A stretch of DNA of 64,000 bases from an uncultured Rivularia sp. (GCA_963665115.1 OY762007.1:6400001-6464000), one strand, 5' to 3'. Shown: positions 11,801-24,300, counted from the first letter of the stretch. Numbers and translations: made by a program. The notes: a model not told the origin generated them from the sequence alone.

Positions 11801-13619
11801 TGCTGGTGGTGTCGGACAAGCAGCGATTCAAATAGCGCAACAAGCTGGTGCTGAAGTCTTTACAACAGCAAGTCCTGGTAAATGGGAAGTTTTAAAATCA
11901 ATGGGAATTGAGCGTAAAAACATCTTCAATTCCCGTACCCTTGATTTTGCAGAGGAAATAATTAAACTAACCCAGGGTGAAGGGGTAGATATTGTTCTCA
12001 ATTCCTTGTCTGGAGATTTTATTACTCAAAGTTTTTCTCTACTCAAAGACAACGGAAGATTTATAGAGTTGGGTAAAACACAAGATTGGAATTTCACTAA
12101 ATCTCAACTAAAACCAAATGCAGCTTATTTCCCAGTTGATTTAGTAGACTTGTGTCGTCAACAACCCGATTTAATTCAAACCATGCTACGAGATTTGATA
12201 TCTCAATTTGCAGCAAATAAACTCAAACCCCTTCCTTACACTGTTTTCCCATTTGAACAAACCGTCGATGCTTTCCGCTATATGCAGCAGTCTAAGCATA
12301 TTGGTAAAGTTGTAGTTTCTCAAACCTCAGCCCTACAAACCTCACCCCCAACCCCTCTCCTTATTAAGGAGAGGGGAGATGAAGCGCAGCTTTATCGGGG
12401 TGAGGTTGCGACTGCTCCCTCTATCAAAAAAGATGGTACATACCTCATCACAGGTGGACTCGGTGGATTGGGTTTATTAATTGCTGAGTGGTTAGTTAAA
12501 GAAGGTGCGAGAAATTTAGTTTTAGTCAGTCGTCGTGATGTTGATGCAGAAGCTAAACAACGAATTCAAGCTTTAGAAAACTCTAGCGCTAGAGTAATGG
12601 TTGCTCAAGTTGACGTTACTGATAAATCCCAACTCGCGGAATTAATATCAACAATTAAATATTCTACCCCCTCTACCCCCTCTACCCCCTCTCCCCCCTC
12701 TCCCCCTCCCATAAGGGGAATAATCCACGCTGCTGGTGTATTAGACGATGGTGTTTTACAAAATATGAGTTGGGAGCAATTTACTAATGTTGTTCATCCC
12801 AAGGTTCTCGGTGCTTGGAATCTCCACGATTTAACTCAAGATTGTCCTTTGGATTTCTTTGTATTATTCTCTTCAGCTACAGCTTTACTTGGTTCTCCCG
12901 GACAGAGCAATCACGTAGCTGCAAATGTATTTTTAGATTCCTTAGCTCATTATCGTCAAAATATTGGTAAACCGGGATTGAGTATTAATTGGGGAATTTG
13001 GTCGGATGTGGGTTCGGCTGCTAAACGCAATGCTGACAAAGAAATGCAGCTTAAAGGAATAAATGCGATCGCACCGCAAGATGGTATAGATTTATTTGCA
13101 AAAATATTGTGGTCTGATGCTCCTCAAATTGGTGTTTTACCAATTAATTGGTCGCAGTTTTTACAACAAATTAATTCATCATTTTTCGCTGATTTTATAT
13201 CGTCAAATGTAGAAACGCAATATATAACGTCTCTACAAAATGCAAAACCATCAGAACGTCGTCATCTTTTAGAAACACATTTACGAACTCAAATTTCCCA
13301 AATTCTTGGTTTTCAAGCAGATGAAATTGATGCAGAAGCAGGATTTTTTGATTTGGGAATGGATTCTTTAACTTCAGTAGAATTGAAAAATCGGTTACAA
13401 AAAAGTTTAGGAATTTCTCTCAGTTCAACTATTATCTTTGATAGACCAAATTTAAATACATTAGTAGATTATCTCCTTGAAGAAATGGGTTTGGAAAATA
13501 ACGAGGTGGAACAAAAGCCAGTTGAATTAGAAACAGAATCAACAGAATTTTCTGAAGATGACATTGCTGATTTACTGGTTCAAGAATTAATGGAAATTGA
13601 GCGAGGTAAAAAATCATGA
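5880..13619 (+). CDS. Type I PKS module 1: KS - AT(inactive) - DH - C-methyltransferase - ER - KR - ACP
   Basis: KS DTTCSSSL, HGTGT, GHLE; AT remnant GDGVGEY with no Ser; DH HPLLG, HHQVFDTVIMP, HPILLDASLQ; MT LEIGAGTGG, ANVLHAT; ER LIHSGAGGVG; KR GGLGGLG; ACP LGMDSL. ATGA overlap with the upstream gene. Confidence 0.95.
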   Translation: MSQNDAKIDYRSLLQDALTEMRSLRGKLEAEKQAKTEPIAIIGMDCRFPGGANSPEAYWKLLREGIDAISEVPRERWLIDDYYDSDPDVPGKMYTRYGGFIDNVDKFDPQFFGISPREATQMDPQQRLLLEVSYTALERSGQSVQELNGSHTGVFVGISFDDYAKFSLNSGDVNRIDAYSSLGNTRSIAVGRLSYALGLQGPTMQLDTTCSSSLLATHLACQSLRSGESNLALAGGVSLMLSPEATIGFCKLKALAPDGRCKTFDANANGYVRGEGCGIIVLKRLSDAISNKDNILAVIKGSAVNHDGQSNGLTAPNGSAQENVIRQAIKNAQVKPLQIQYVETHGTGTSLGDPIETLALGKILGEGRSEDNPLTIGSVKTNIGHLEAAAGVASIIKVTLALGNKQIPPHLHFQKPNPHIPWSRLPINVPTELTPWNVGSEEKRLAGISSFGMSGTNAHVVIEDVETLYITSPQQSEHTTERPLHLLTLSAKTEQALSELVTNYQEYLTNNSDVNFADICFSANIGRSHFQHRLSIVAESTFEAIEELSNYQETSPRAYAHPSPYQGEGKISTGFEHPSPYQGEGMGVRLFQGVTSTNKRPKIAFLFTGEASQYINMGWELYQTQPTFKQALNECNKILKSLFNLDLLTLIYSSKGTGNGEQEIGNHSNPMPKTAIFAIQYALYKLWKSWGVNPSVLIGDGVGEYVAATVAGVFCLEDALNLVVNLAKTEFDKVANSIKYSSPQIEIISGINGKLINSEITNSQYWCSKISLAASFEKIIDKLKEINCDICLEIALESANLLSNEILFLPSFGEESNNHQDWQVMLSSLAQMYVNGVNINWRGFEQDYSRNCVLLPTYPFQRQRYWIEAPNVKNFHNINSESLHPLLGQRIDIANLETIHFENLINQDNPAYLQHHQVFDTVIMPFSGFVEMVLAAASNLYETKAEIKNLLLTDVEIHQALILEKSSTTVQLILTPISTSTNKEYKFEIFSLAVGWVERSETQQSRRYETQNQTWILHTSGKVNQEAEPQQPRYQAEPSNEKFTHEIDVDNFYQSCQEQGINYGKSFNAINQLWNDEKIALGKVCLSQEFISSTAYQLHPILLDASLQVVGSVLADNQTYLPIGIKSFTFSGTTSNILWSYVELDKNQNHNNNSSVMMADVKIVEPDGRLVAQVEGLKLKSVDSQFVFNQINKKQSFEDWLYKIEWREQAIIPNSYSSSDYLLSPQLIYEQLIPALPKLVDKPEIEIYRQLLPKLESLSIAYVLKAFNDLGWKFIVDESFSTVEVVEKLKIVSQHKRLLERLLEMLVEVGVLKKEEDLINRRGAEGAEEEVVEEWRVVGERICDADDEYQQLLEKYSVSKSELSLLHRCGLSLASVLRGEVDGVQLLFPEGDLSTATNLYQDSPGAKLMNSLVEQVVSTSIAQKSSARVLRILEIGAGTGGTTAYLLPSLDASSTEYTFSDVSPLFTTKARERFGEYDFVNYELLDIEQTVGDELKNSFDIIIAANVLHATQDMRETLGNVNELLAPNGLLVLLEGTRRLRWVDLIFGLTEGWWRFTDTDLRENYPLLSVGKWEEVLLHGGFEEVLPIAPELDEEDLFSQQAVIVSRKTSPPAPLLVKERGDWLIFGDRRFNIGKELAQQLQNQGERCILVYSGTVKEQLNEQEFSINPRNSQNFSQLIENLSNYQSSFKGVVYLWGLDATPVENLNSEVLEVDLENYCGSALYLIQALLKVNISNTPIYLVTQNSQPIGNNTISGFSQSLLWGIGKVAALETDFNYKNIDLDAQTNLTAQIQTLLTELLWSDEETQVAFRGDKRYVARLARYQNLVQKQPLQLTISERGTLENLEFQPLVRKKPADNEVEIHVKATGVNFRDILNTLGLYPGDAGALGCECVGEIVALGNQVENLKVGDTVIAIASGSFSEYVTVNAAMVVVKPEKLTIEETATIGVTFLTAHYGLHHLAKISPGDKVLIHSGAGGVGQAAIQIAQQAGAEVFTTASPGKWEVLKSMGIERKNIFNSRTLDFAEEIIKLTQGEGVDIVLNSLSGDFITQSFSLLKDNGRFIELGKTQDWNFTKSQLKPNAAYFPVDLVDLCRQQPDLIQTMLRDLISQFAANKLKPLPYTVFPFEQTVDAFRYMQQSKHIGKVVVSQTSALQTSPPTPLLIKERGDEAQLYRGEVATAPSIKKDGTYLITGGLGGLGLLIAEWLVKEGARNLVLVSRRDVDAEAKQRIQALENSSARVMVAQVDVTDKSQLAELISTIKYSTPSTPSTPSPPSPPPIRGIIHAAGVLDDGVLQNMSWEQFTNVVHPKVLGAWNLHDLTQDCPLDFFVLFSSATALLGSPGQSNHVAANVFLDSLAHYRQNIGKPGLSINWGIWSDVGSAAKRNADKEMQLKGINAIAPQDGIDLFAKILWSDAPQIGVLPINWSQFLQQINSSFFADFISSNVETQYITSLQNAKPSERRHLLETHLRTQISQILGFQADEIDAEAGFFDLGMDSLTSVELKNRLQKSLGISLSSTIIFDRPNLNTLVDYLLEEMGLENNEVEQKPVELETESTEFSEDDIADLLVQELMEIERGKKS

Positions 13620-16600
13620 ATCAGCAGCAACCAAGAGATTATCGCTCTCTCATGCAGAAAGCTTTGCACGAACTAAAAGAAATGCGTGCAAAATTACAAA
13701 CATTAGAAACAGCAAAAACCGAACCAATTGCGATTATTGGAATGGGATGTCGTTTTCCTGGTGCTGATAATCCCCAAGCTTTTTGGGAACTTTTATCTAA
13801 TGGGATTGATGCTATTTCTGAAGTTCCTTCTGATAGATGGGATATCAACGCTTATTTTGATAATAATCCTGAAACACCAGGAAAAATAAATACTCGCTAC
13901 GGTGGATTTGTTAAGCAACTGTATGAATTTGATGCTGCATTTTTTGGTATTTCTCCCCGTGAAGCTGTTTCTTTAGATCCCCAGCAGCGATTGTTGATGG
14001 AAGTTAGTTGGGAAGCTTTGGAAAATGCGGGTATTATTCCTACAATACAAGGAAGTAAAACTGGTGTATTTGTCGGTATTAGCAGTAATGATTATTCTCA
14101 ACAGTTACTTACCAGGGAAGTAACCGATATTGATGCTTATTTAGCAACGGGTAATTCTCACAGTACCGCAGCTGGACGTTTATCATATACTTTGGGTTTA
14201 ACTGGACCAAGTATAGCAGTAGATACAGCTTGTTCTTCATCCTTGGTTGCAGTTCACCTTGCTTGTCAAAGCTTACGGAATCAAGAGTGTGATTCAGCAC
14301 TTGTGGGGGGAGTAAATCGACTGATATCGCCAGAATTCAGCATCAACTTTTCCAAAGCTCGAATGTTAGCTGCTGACGGACGTTGTAAAACCTTTGATGC
14401 AGCCGCAGACGGATTTGTACGAGGAGAAGGATGCGGAATTATTATACTCAAACGACTTTCGGATGCAATTGCAGATGGAAACTCAATTTTGGCGTTGATT
14501 CGAGGTTCAGCAGTTAATCAAGATGGTCGTAGTAGTGGATTAACTGTTCCTAATGGTCCTTCACAACAAGCGGTGATTTCCCAAGCTTTAGAAAACAGTC
14601 AAATCAAACCATCGCAGATTGATTATATAGAAGCTCACGGTACCGGAACAAGTTTAGGCGACCCAATCGAAATTAATGCATTAGGTTCCGTTTTCGGAAA
14701 ATACTATAGTGCAGATAATCCTCTAAAAATTGGTTCGGTTAAAACTAACATTGGTCATTTAGAAGCAGCAGCAGGAATCGCAGGAATAATTAAATTAGTA
14801 CTATCGCTTCAAAATCAACAAATTCCCCCTCACCTACATTTTCAACAACCAAATCCTTATATACCTTGGAAAGAATTGCCAATTGAGGTGACAACAGAAA
14901 CTACACCTTGGTTAATTTCTGATAGTCCACGATTTGCAGGTATGAGTTCCTTTGGTTTTAGCGGTACAAATGCTCATCTGATATTACAAGATGTAGAGAC
15001 GTTATACATAACGTCTCACCAGGAATTAGAAAACACAACAGAACGTCCACTACATTTACTGACATTATCAGCAAAGACAGAACAAGGATTATCAGAGCTT
15101 GTAAAGAATTACCAAGAATACTTGACAAAAAATAGTGATGTTAAATTTGCAGATATTTGTTTTAGTGCAAATACAGGGCGATCGCACTTTCAAAATCGCT
15201 TAGTTGTTATTGCTAAGTCTTATGAGGATGTACTTCAACAACTAGTAAATAACGAAAATCCGGAGACGTTATGTATAACGTCTCTACACAATGGTTCTGT
15301 TTTTACTGGAACAACATCTAATAAACGTCCTAAAATCGCTTTTTTATTCACTGGTGGAGATAGTGAATATATAAAAATGGGTTTACAACTATATCAAACT
15401 CAACCCACTTTTAAAAAAGCATTAGATGAATGCAATGAAATAATAAAACAATTAATTAACTTAGATTTAATAGCTCTTATTTATTCTCCCCCCTCTACCC
15501 CCTCTACCCCCTCTACCCCCTCTACCCCCTCCCTCAATACCGCTTACTTCGCCATAAAATACGCTTTATACAAACTCTGGAAATCTTGGGGAATACATCC
15601 AGATATCGTAATTGCAGATGGTATTGGTGAATATGTTGCTGCTACGGTTGCAGGAGTTTTTAGTTTAGAAGATGGATTGAAATTAGTTGAAAATATTGAT
15701 AAACCGGATTTTGAAAAAGTTGCTAATTCAATTAAATATTCATCACCACAAATTGAAATATTTTCTGGTATTAGCGAAAAATTAATTGATTCAGAAATTG
15801 TAAATCATAAATATTGGTGTAAGAAGACTTGGCAATCAGTTAGCTTTGATAAAATTATTGATAATCTCAAGCAAAATAATTGTGAGATTTGTTTAGAAAT
15901 AGGTGGTAAATCCGCCAAATCTACATCAACAGAAATATTATTATTGCCAAGTTTGGCATCAGAAGAAAATAATAATAATTGGCAGGTAATGCTATCAAGT
16001 TTGGCTCAAATGTATGTTAATGGAGTCAATATTGATTGGCAAGGATTTGAGCAAGATTATCGTAGAAATCGCGTTTTATTACCAACTTATCCATTTCAGC
16101 GACAGCTATATTATGCTGATGTAACTCCTAAATTAACTAAAACTATTCATCAAAAAAATATTTTACATCCACTATTAGGCGAAAAACTGGATTTATCCCG
16201 CTCAAATAAAATTTATTTTCAACATTCTATTAATTCAAATAATCCCGCTTATCTACAACAGCATCTAGTTTTTGATAAAGTTATTCTTCCCGGTGCTGGT
16301 TATATCGAAATGGCTTTAGCCGCAGGAAGTATTTTGTTTAATACAGATAATTTAATTTTAGAAAACCTGGAAATTCTCCAACCTTTAATATTATCTGATG
16401 ATGCAAATACAACTATTCAAGTTGTTTTAGAATCTCAGCAAGAAGAATATAACTTTGAAATTTTAAGTCTGCTGACAAAAGAAGAAAAATGGATATTACA
16501 CGCGAAAGGGAAAATCAAAAAATGTAGAGACGTGATACATCACGTCTCCCAAATGCACGAGAAAAACGAGATAAATCCCGTCTCCCAGATGTATAAGAAA

Positions 16601-19600
16601 AACGACATAAATCCCATATCTACATCAAAATACTATCAAGAATTCCAAAAACGCGGTATTAAATACGGAGAAAGTTTTCAAGCTATAACCGAATTATTTG
16701 GTAGCGAAAATCAAGCTTTAGGAAAGATTAAATTACCAGCTTCCTTAACAAATAATGGTTATAAACTCCATCCAGTAATGTTAGATGCTGCTTTTCAGGT
16801 GATTGGAGCGGCTTTAAATTGGGAAGAGTTTACGGATATTTATTTACCAGTTGGTTTTGAGAGTTTAACTCACTATGGTAATGTAAATGATTCTTTCTGG
16901 AGTTCGGTAAAAATTCATCCTCAGCAAAAGCAATTCCCTCAATTATTGATAGCGGATGTAGAATTAATTGCTGACGATGGAAAAATTTTAGTTAATATAT
17001 CTGGCTTACAACTGAGAAAAACGAATCCTCAAGCTGTTTTTGAAAGAAATGAAAATCAATCAAAATCAAAATTCTTTGAAGATTGGCTTTATGAAGTAGA
17101 ATGGCGCAATAAAGGAGATATTGAAAAAGTTTATCCCGATTATTTCCCAATTCCTTCAGCAGTACGAGATAATTTACTGACAAATTTAGAAAAATCACTA
17201 GCACAACCGGAATTACAAGTTTATCAACAAGTTTTAGTACAGCTTGAAGAATTGAGTATTGCTTATGTATTAAATGCTTTTGATTCTTTGAATTTACAAC
17301 TTATTCCTAATCAAACTTTTTCAACATCTGAATTAATTCAAAGTCTGGAAATAGTACCATCACATCAGCAATTATTTCAACGTCTTTTAGAAATGCTGGT
17401 GGAATCGGGTTATCTACAGCAACAGCAAGAAAAATTTAAAGTCGTTAAACAACCCCAAATATTAAACCCTGAAATTGAATATCAAAAATTATTAGCTCAA
17501 TATCCTAACGCAAACGCTGAATTAACATTATTACATCGTTGTGGAATTAATTTAGCTGAAGTATTACAGGGTAAAGTTGATTCTTTACAATTACTTTTCC
17601 CTCAAGGAGATTTAACTACTGCTACTCAACTTTATCAAGATTCACCTGGTGCTAAATTAATGAATTCTTTGGTAAAGCAGGTTGTACGGTCGTTATTAAC
17701 AAATAAACCTGAAAATAGAAAATTAAAAATATTAGAAATTGGTGCTGGTACTGGAGGAACCACTTCTTATTTACTGCCAATTTTAGATTCTAATATTACT
17801 GAATATACTTTTAGTGATGTTTCACCGTTATTCCTTCATAAAGCAAAGCAGAAGTTTTCTAAATATGATTTTGTCGATTATCAAACTTTAGATATTGAAA
17901 AATCTCCTGTTAGTCAAGGTTGGGAATTACAGCAGTATGACATTATTATTGCAGCGAATGTTTTACACGCGACTTGTGATTTAGAACAAACTTTGACTCA
18001 CGTACAGCAGTTGTTAGCACCGAAGGGACAACTTGTATTGCTCGAAGGTACTCAACCACAGCGATGGTTGGATTTGATTTTTGGTTTGACTGAGGGTTGG
18101 TGGAGGTTTACGGATACTGATTTACGTTCGGATTATCCTTTAATTTCTTTTGAAAAATGGCGATCGCTTTTATTGAAGTGTGGGTTTGAATCAGTTGCGG
18201 GGTTTGATACGCAACCGCAAGGGGTGGTTTTGGCGCGGAAGACTCGGAATTTAATAAACCGCAGAGACGCAAAGAGCGCTGAGGGAAGAGGTGGAGAGAG
18301 ATGGTTGATTTTTGCTGATAGTCACGGTTTGGGTGAGGAGTTAGCTCGACGGTTAGGAAGTAATTGTGTTTTGGTTTTTGCAGGAATTAATTATCAGCAG
18401 TTAGATGAATACCGTTATCAAGTTAATCCTTTAGTTAAAAATGATTTTGAGCGGTTGTTGGAAGGTGTAAGGGAAAATGCTGCTGTAGAAATTGTGCATT
18501 TATGGAGTTTGGATATTCCTACAATTTCGGAAATGACTGACGAGCAGGTACAGTTATCTTCGCAGTTGGGTTGTGCTAGTGTTTTACATTTGGTGCAATC
18601 TATTGATAGTAATCAGTCTTTGTGGTTGGTGACTCAAGGTGCGATTAATGTCGGAGATGATCAAGCTGGTGGTGTTATTCAATCTCCTTTGTGGGGTTTG
18701 GGAAAGGTTATTGGTTTGGAGTATCCGGGTGTTGGTGGTTTCTGTATCGATTTAGATCCAACTATTCCGATAGCGGAAACAGTCATCGGGTTTGATTTCG
18801 GAAATTTTATCTAAGAGTAAGGAAGAGCAAGTTGCTTTTCGTCAAAATCAGCGTTTTGTTCCCAGGTTGGTAAGATCCCCCCAACCCCCCTTCTTAAGGG
18901 GGGCTAATCAACTCTCTTTTTCAAACGAAGCTTCTCAATCCTCTTCAGACAGAGCTTCTCAACTCGCCTTCTCAAATGGGGCTTCTCAACCCCCCTTAAG
19001 AAGGGGGGCTAGGGGGGATCTTCAACTGGGAATATCCAAACGCGGAACTTTAGAAAATCTGGAATTACAACCTCTTTCACGAAGAAAACCCCAAGAAAAC
19101 GAAGTAGAAATTCAAGTACAAGCAACGGGTTTGAATTTTATTGATGTGCTTGATGCTTTGGGTTTATTACCTTTTGAACGTAATTGGTTTGGGGTGGAAT
19201 GTGCTGGTGAAGTTGTTGGTGTGGGAGATGAGGTAAAAGATTTTAAACCGGGCGATCGCATAATTGCTTTAGCACCAGGTAGTTTTAGTCAGTTTGTCAC
19301 AACTGATGCGAGGATGGTTATTCTCAAACCTGAAAATCTCAGCTTTGAGGAAGCAGCTACTATTCCCGCGAATTTTTTGACTGCTTATTACGCTTTAAAT
19401 AAAATAGCCAAAATTTCCATCGGAAAGCGGGTTTTAATTCATTCTGCTGCTGGGGGAACTGGAATGGCTGCGGTGAAAATCGCACAACAAGCGGGTGCGG
19501 AAGTATTTGCAACTGCGAGTCTTCCGAAATGGGAGAAGCTTGAAGCAATGGGAATTAAACGTGAAAATATTTTTAATTCCCGCACTTTGGACTTTGCTGA

Positions 19601-21362
19601 AGAAACTATTGCGATAACGCAAGGGAAAGGAGTAGACATTGTTCTTAATTCCTTATCTGGTGATTTTATCGATAAAAGTTTTTCTGTATTGAAAGCAGAT
19701 GGCTGTTTTCTCGAAATTGGAAAGCGGGATGTCTGGAGTTTAGAACAGGTAAAACAAGTTAAGCCAAATGCACAATATTCTTTAATTGATTTGATGAGTG
19801 TGGCTCAACATCAGCCAGATTTGATTCAATCAATGTTGCAAGATTTGATGCAGCTATTTGGAAATGAACAGCTTCAACCCTTACCACGTCAAGTTTTTTC
19901 GATTCAAAATGTAATATCGGCTTTCCGTCATATGCAGCAAGCGAAGCATATTGGGAAAGTTGTGGTTTCAACCTCACCCCCAACCCCTCTCCTTATTAAG
20001 GAGAGTGGAGATGAAAATGCAACAGTTCCAACCCCTCTCCTTGACAAGGAGAGGGGAGATGAAGCGCAGCTTTATCGGGGTGAGGTTATTAATTTTGAAG
20101 AAAACGCTACCTATCTCATAACAGGTGGATTGGGAGACTTAGGTTTATTATTCGCTGAATGGTTAATACAAAAAGGTGCGAAAAATCTAGTTTTAGTCAG
20201 TCGTCGTGATGTTGATGCAGAAATTCAAAAGCGGATTCAAGCTTTAGAAAACTCTAGTGCTAGAGTAATGGTTGCTCAAGTTGATGTCACCAATAAATCC
20301 CAACTTGCTCAATTAATCTCAAACATCAAATCTTCTACCCCCTCTTCCCCCTCTCCCCCCTCTCTACCACCTTTACGGGGAATAATCCACGCTGCTGGTG
20401 TATTAGATGATGGAGTATTACAACATTTAACTTGGGAAAGATTTACCACCGTACTAAATCCCAAAATGCTGGGAGCTTGGAATTTACACGTTTTAACCCA
20501 AGATTTACCGCTAGACTTTTTTATTATGTTCTCTTCTGCTGCTTCTTTGTTTGGTTCCCCTGGGCAAGGTAATCATGTTGCAGCAAATACCTTTTTAGAT
20601 AGTTTAGCCAAGTATCGTCAATCGCGAAGATTGCCCGGATTAAGCATTAATTGGGGTGTTTGGTCGGAAATTGGAGCCGCAGCAAAACGTGGTGTCAGCG
20701 AACAGATGCAGTCACGTGGGGTAGGTGAAATTACTAACGAGCAAGGATTGAAAATCTTTGAAAAATTACTTGCTCAATCTTCTGCTCAGATTGGAGTAAT
20801 ACCAGTTGATTGGGACAAGTTTTTACAACAAAATATTTCATCACCATTTTTTACAGACTTTCTTAACTCAAATTCAAATTCACAATTACTTAAGCAAGAC
20901 TCTCAATTATTACAAAAATTAGAAAGAGCAAATATTGAACAACGTTCTTCTATCGTCATGGGACATCTGCAAGCTGAAGTCGCTAAAGTTCTCGGACTTC
21001 CTTCCAATCAATTACCCGGTTTACAACAAGGCTTTTTTGATTTGGGTATGGATTCTTTAATGACTGTGGAATTAAGAAACCGTTTAGAAACTAGTTTGGG
21101 AATTTCTATCTCTTCCACCGTGATTTTTGAATATCCAACTATTGCTGATTTGGCTGAGTATTTAGTTGGGGAAGTGTTTGGAGGAAGGGAGGAATATGTT
21201 TTTAACGCAGAGGAGCGCGAAGGTAAACGCAAAGGAGCGCAGAGTTTTTCGGTTGATAGTGGAAATGATATTAATTTTTCTGTTCCCTCTGAGGAGGAAG
21301 ATGAGGTGATATCAGAATTACTAGCGCTAGAGAAAATACTGGGGAAAAATCAAGATGACTAA
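13616..21362 (+). CDS. Type I PKS module 2: KS - AT(inactive) - DH - C-methyltransferase - ER - KR - ACP; split by +1 frameshift at ~18777-18779
   Basis: ORFs 13616..18814 and 18792..21362 join (AE-QSSGLISEILSK) on removing one A from GGAAAC. Same architecture as module 1: KS DTACSSSL, AT remnant ADGIGEY, MT LEIGAGTGG, ER LIHSAAGGTG, KR GGLGDLG, ACP LGMDSL. Confidence 0.93.
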
Positions 21363-24300
21363 GGAATTTACTCAAGAACGAATTTTATCAGCTTTAAAGG
21401 AAGCTAGAACTAAACTTGAAGCTGTAGAAGAATCCAAGAATGAGCGAGTAGCTATTGTTGGTATGGCTGGACGTTTTCCTGGAGCTAATAATATTGATGA
21501 GTTTTGGCAAAATCTTTGTAATGGTGTCAATTCGATTCAATTTTTATCTGATGAAGAGCTTTTGAATTCTGGTGTTGATGCAGATACTTTAAATAATCCT
21601 AATTACGTCAAAGCTTATTCTAGTTTTGCTGATTTTGATGGTTTTGATGCCAGTTTTTTCGGTTATTCTCCCAGAGAAGCTGAAGTTATCGACCCCCAGC
21701 ATCGGGTGTTTTTGGAATGTGCTTGGGAGGCTTTGGAACAAGCTGGATACGACCCCGGAACAATACAATGGTGCGATCGGTGTTTATGGTGGTTCGTCTC
21801 TCAATAGTTATATTATTAACCTTTTTTTAAATACAAATTTAAGAGCAAATACTGATAATATCCAAGCTGTTATTAGTAATGTGATGGGATTAATGCCCAC
21901 AAGAGTATCTTATAAATTAAATCTTACCGGCCCAAGTTGTGGAGTACAAACTGGCTGTTCTACTTCTTTGGTAAGCGTGCATCTTGCCTGTCAAAGTTTG
22001 CTGAATGGTGAGTGTAGTATAGCTTTGGCTGGTGGTGTTTCTGTTGCTGCTGACGGTAAATCTGGTTATCTTTATCAAGCTGATGGTGTGTTATCCCCTG
22101 ACGGATATTGTCGCTCTTTTGATGCTAAGGGAGAAGGAACGGTTTTTGGTAATGGTGTTGGGATAGTCGTATTAAAAAAACTCAGTGATGCAATAGCCGA
22201 TGGTGACTGTATTTATGCGGTTATCAAAGGTTCGGCAATTAACAACGATGGCTCGCAAAAAGTTGGGTTAACTGCTCCCTCCGTAAGGGGACAAGCAGAA
22301 GTTATCGCTGCAACTTTAGAAAAAGCCGGAATTAATCCCGAAACAATTGGTTATATTGAAGCTCATGGTACGGGTACAGCATTAGGAGATCCGATTGAAA
22401 TTGCCGCTTTAAATAAAGTATTTCGTCAACATACCCAAGACAGAAAATTTTGTGCGATCGCTTCAGTTAAAAGCAATATCGGACATTTAGATGCAGCTGC
22501 GGGAATCGCGGGTTTAATTAAAGCAGCATTAGCAGTTAAATATGGCAAAATTCCCCCCAGTCTTAATTTTGAATCTCCCAATCCTCAAATAGATTTTGAT
22601 AACAGTCCTTTTTACGTTAATAATCAACTGCTCAATTGGGATAGTAATGGTACACCACGAAGAGCTGCTGTTAGTTCCTTTGGGATGGGTGGGACTAATG
22701 CTCATATGGTATTGGAAGAAATTAACCTCACCCCGCCCTTACGGGCACCCCTCTCCTTATCAAGGAGAGGGGAAGAGTATCAAACACCCCTCTCCTTAAC
22801 AAGGAGAGGGGATGGGGGTGAGGTTAAATCGTGGCAACTGTTATTAATTTCTGCTAAAACCCCAACAGCATTATCTACAGCTACAAATAATCTCTCAGAA
22901 TATTTAAAATCCCATCCAGATGTTAATTTAGCCGATGTCGCTTACACCTTACAAATAGGAAGACAAGCACAAGATTTAAGACGTTTTATTGTTTGTAAAA
23001 ATCATCAACAAGCAATTCAAATTCTGAGTAATATTAATGATGATTCCTCAATAACTCAAACGAACCAAGCTGCAAATAAAACTGTAGTTTTCATGTTTTC
23101 TGGACAAGGTAGTCAATATGAAAACATGGGAAAAGAATTATACGAAACACAATCAGTATTCCGAGAAACTGTAGATAATTGCTGCAATTTACTAAAACCC
23201 CATATCGGTTTCGATTTAAGAACCATTATTTATTCTATCCCCTCTACCCCCTCTACCCCCTCTCCCCCCTCTACCCCTCTCTCCCTTAACCAAACTGCTT
23301 ACGCTCAACCAGCCATATTCGTCATCGAATACGCTTTAGCTAAATTATGGATGTCGTGGGGAATTCGTCCGCAAGCCTCTATTGGACATAGTATTGGGGA
23401 ATATGTTGCAGGTGCGATCGCCAATGTATTTTCTTTAGAAGATGGTTTAGAGATTGTGGCAATGCGGGGACAATTAATGCAAAAATGTCCTCCGGGAGCA
23501 ATGTTAGCGGTAAGTTTAACTGAATCGGAACTGAAGCAACATTTAAATAAAGATTTGACAATTGCGGTTATAAATGCACCAAAAATGTGTGTCGTATCTG
23601 GTAATAATGATGCGATAAAACAATTAGAAAAGGATTTAACTGCTCAAGAAATTACTTGTCGTCGTTTACATACTTCTCATGCTTTCCATTCTCCGATGAT
23701 GCAGCAAGCGGTAGAACCTTTTGTAGCGAAAATGCAGCAGGTAAAATTAAATCCACCTTCTTTACCTTTTATATCCAATGTAACAGGAACTTGGATTACT
23801 CCCGAACAAGCAACAGATGCAAATTACTGGGGAAATCATCTGCGTCAAACGGTGCGTTTTGCTGATGGAATGAATCAAGTATTAGAGCAATCATCACCAA
23901 TTTTATTGGAAGTGGGAGCGGGAAGAACTTTAAGTACTATTGCAAAACAAGCTATAACAAATCAAAAACAATCTGTACTTTCATTAACTTCGTTACGACA
24001 TCCTTTAGAGAAAAAATCCGATATTGATTTAATTTTAAATACATTGGGACAACTTTGGAAGTCAGGAATCAAGGTTGATTGGAATGGTTTTTATCAAGAT
24101 GAAAAGCGACAAAGAATTCCTCTACCTACCTATCCTTTTGAACGCAAACGCTATTGGATTGAACGTCAGGAAAATAGTGTTGCACCAGAGGAAGAAGATT
24201 TACAAATAATTAAAAAGTCAGATATTGCTGATTGGTTTTACCTTCCTTCCTGGAAACGTTCTGTACCTGTAAACCTAACCCCCCAACCCCCTTCCCTGCG

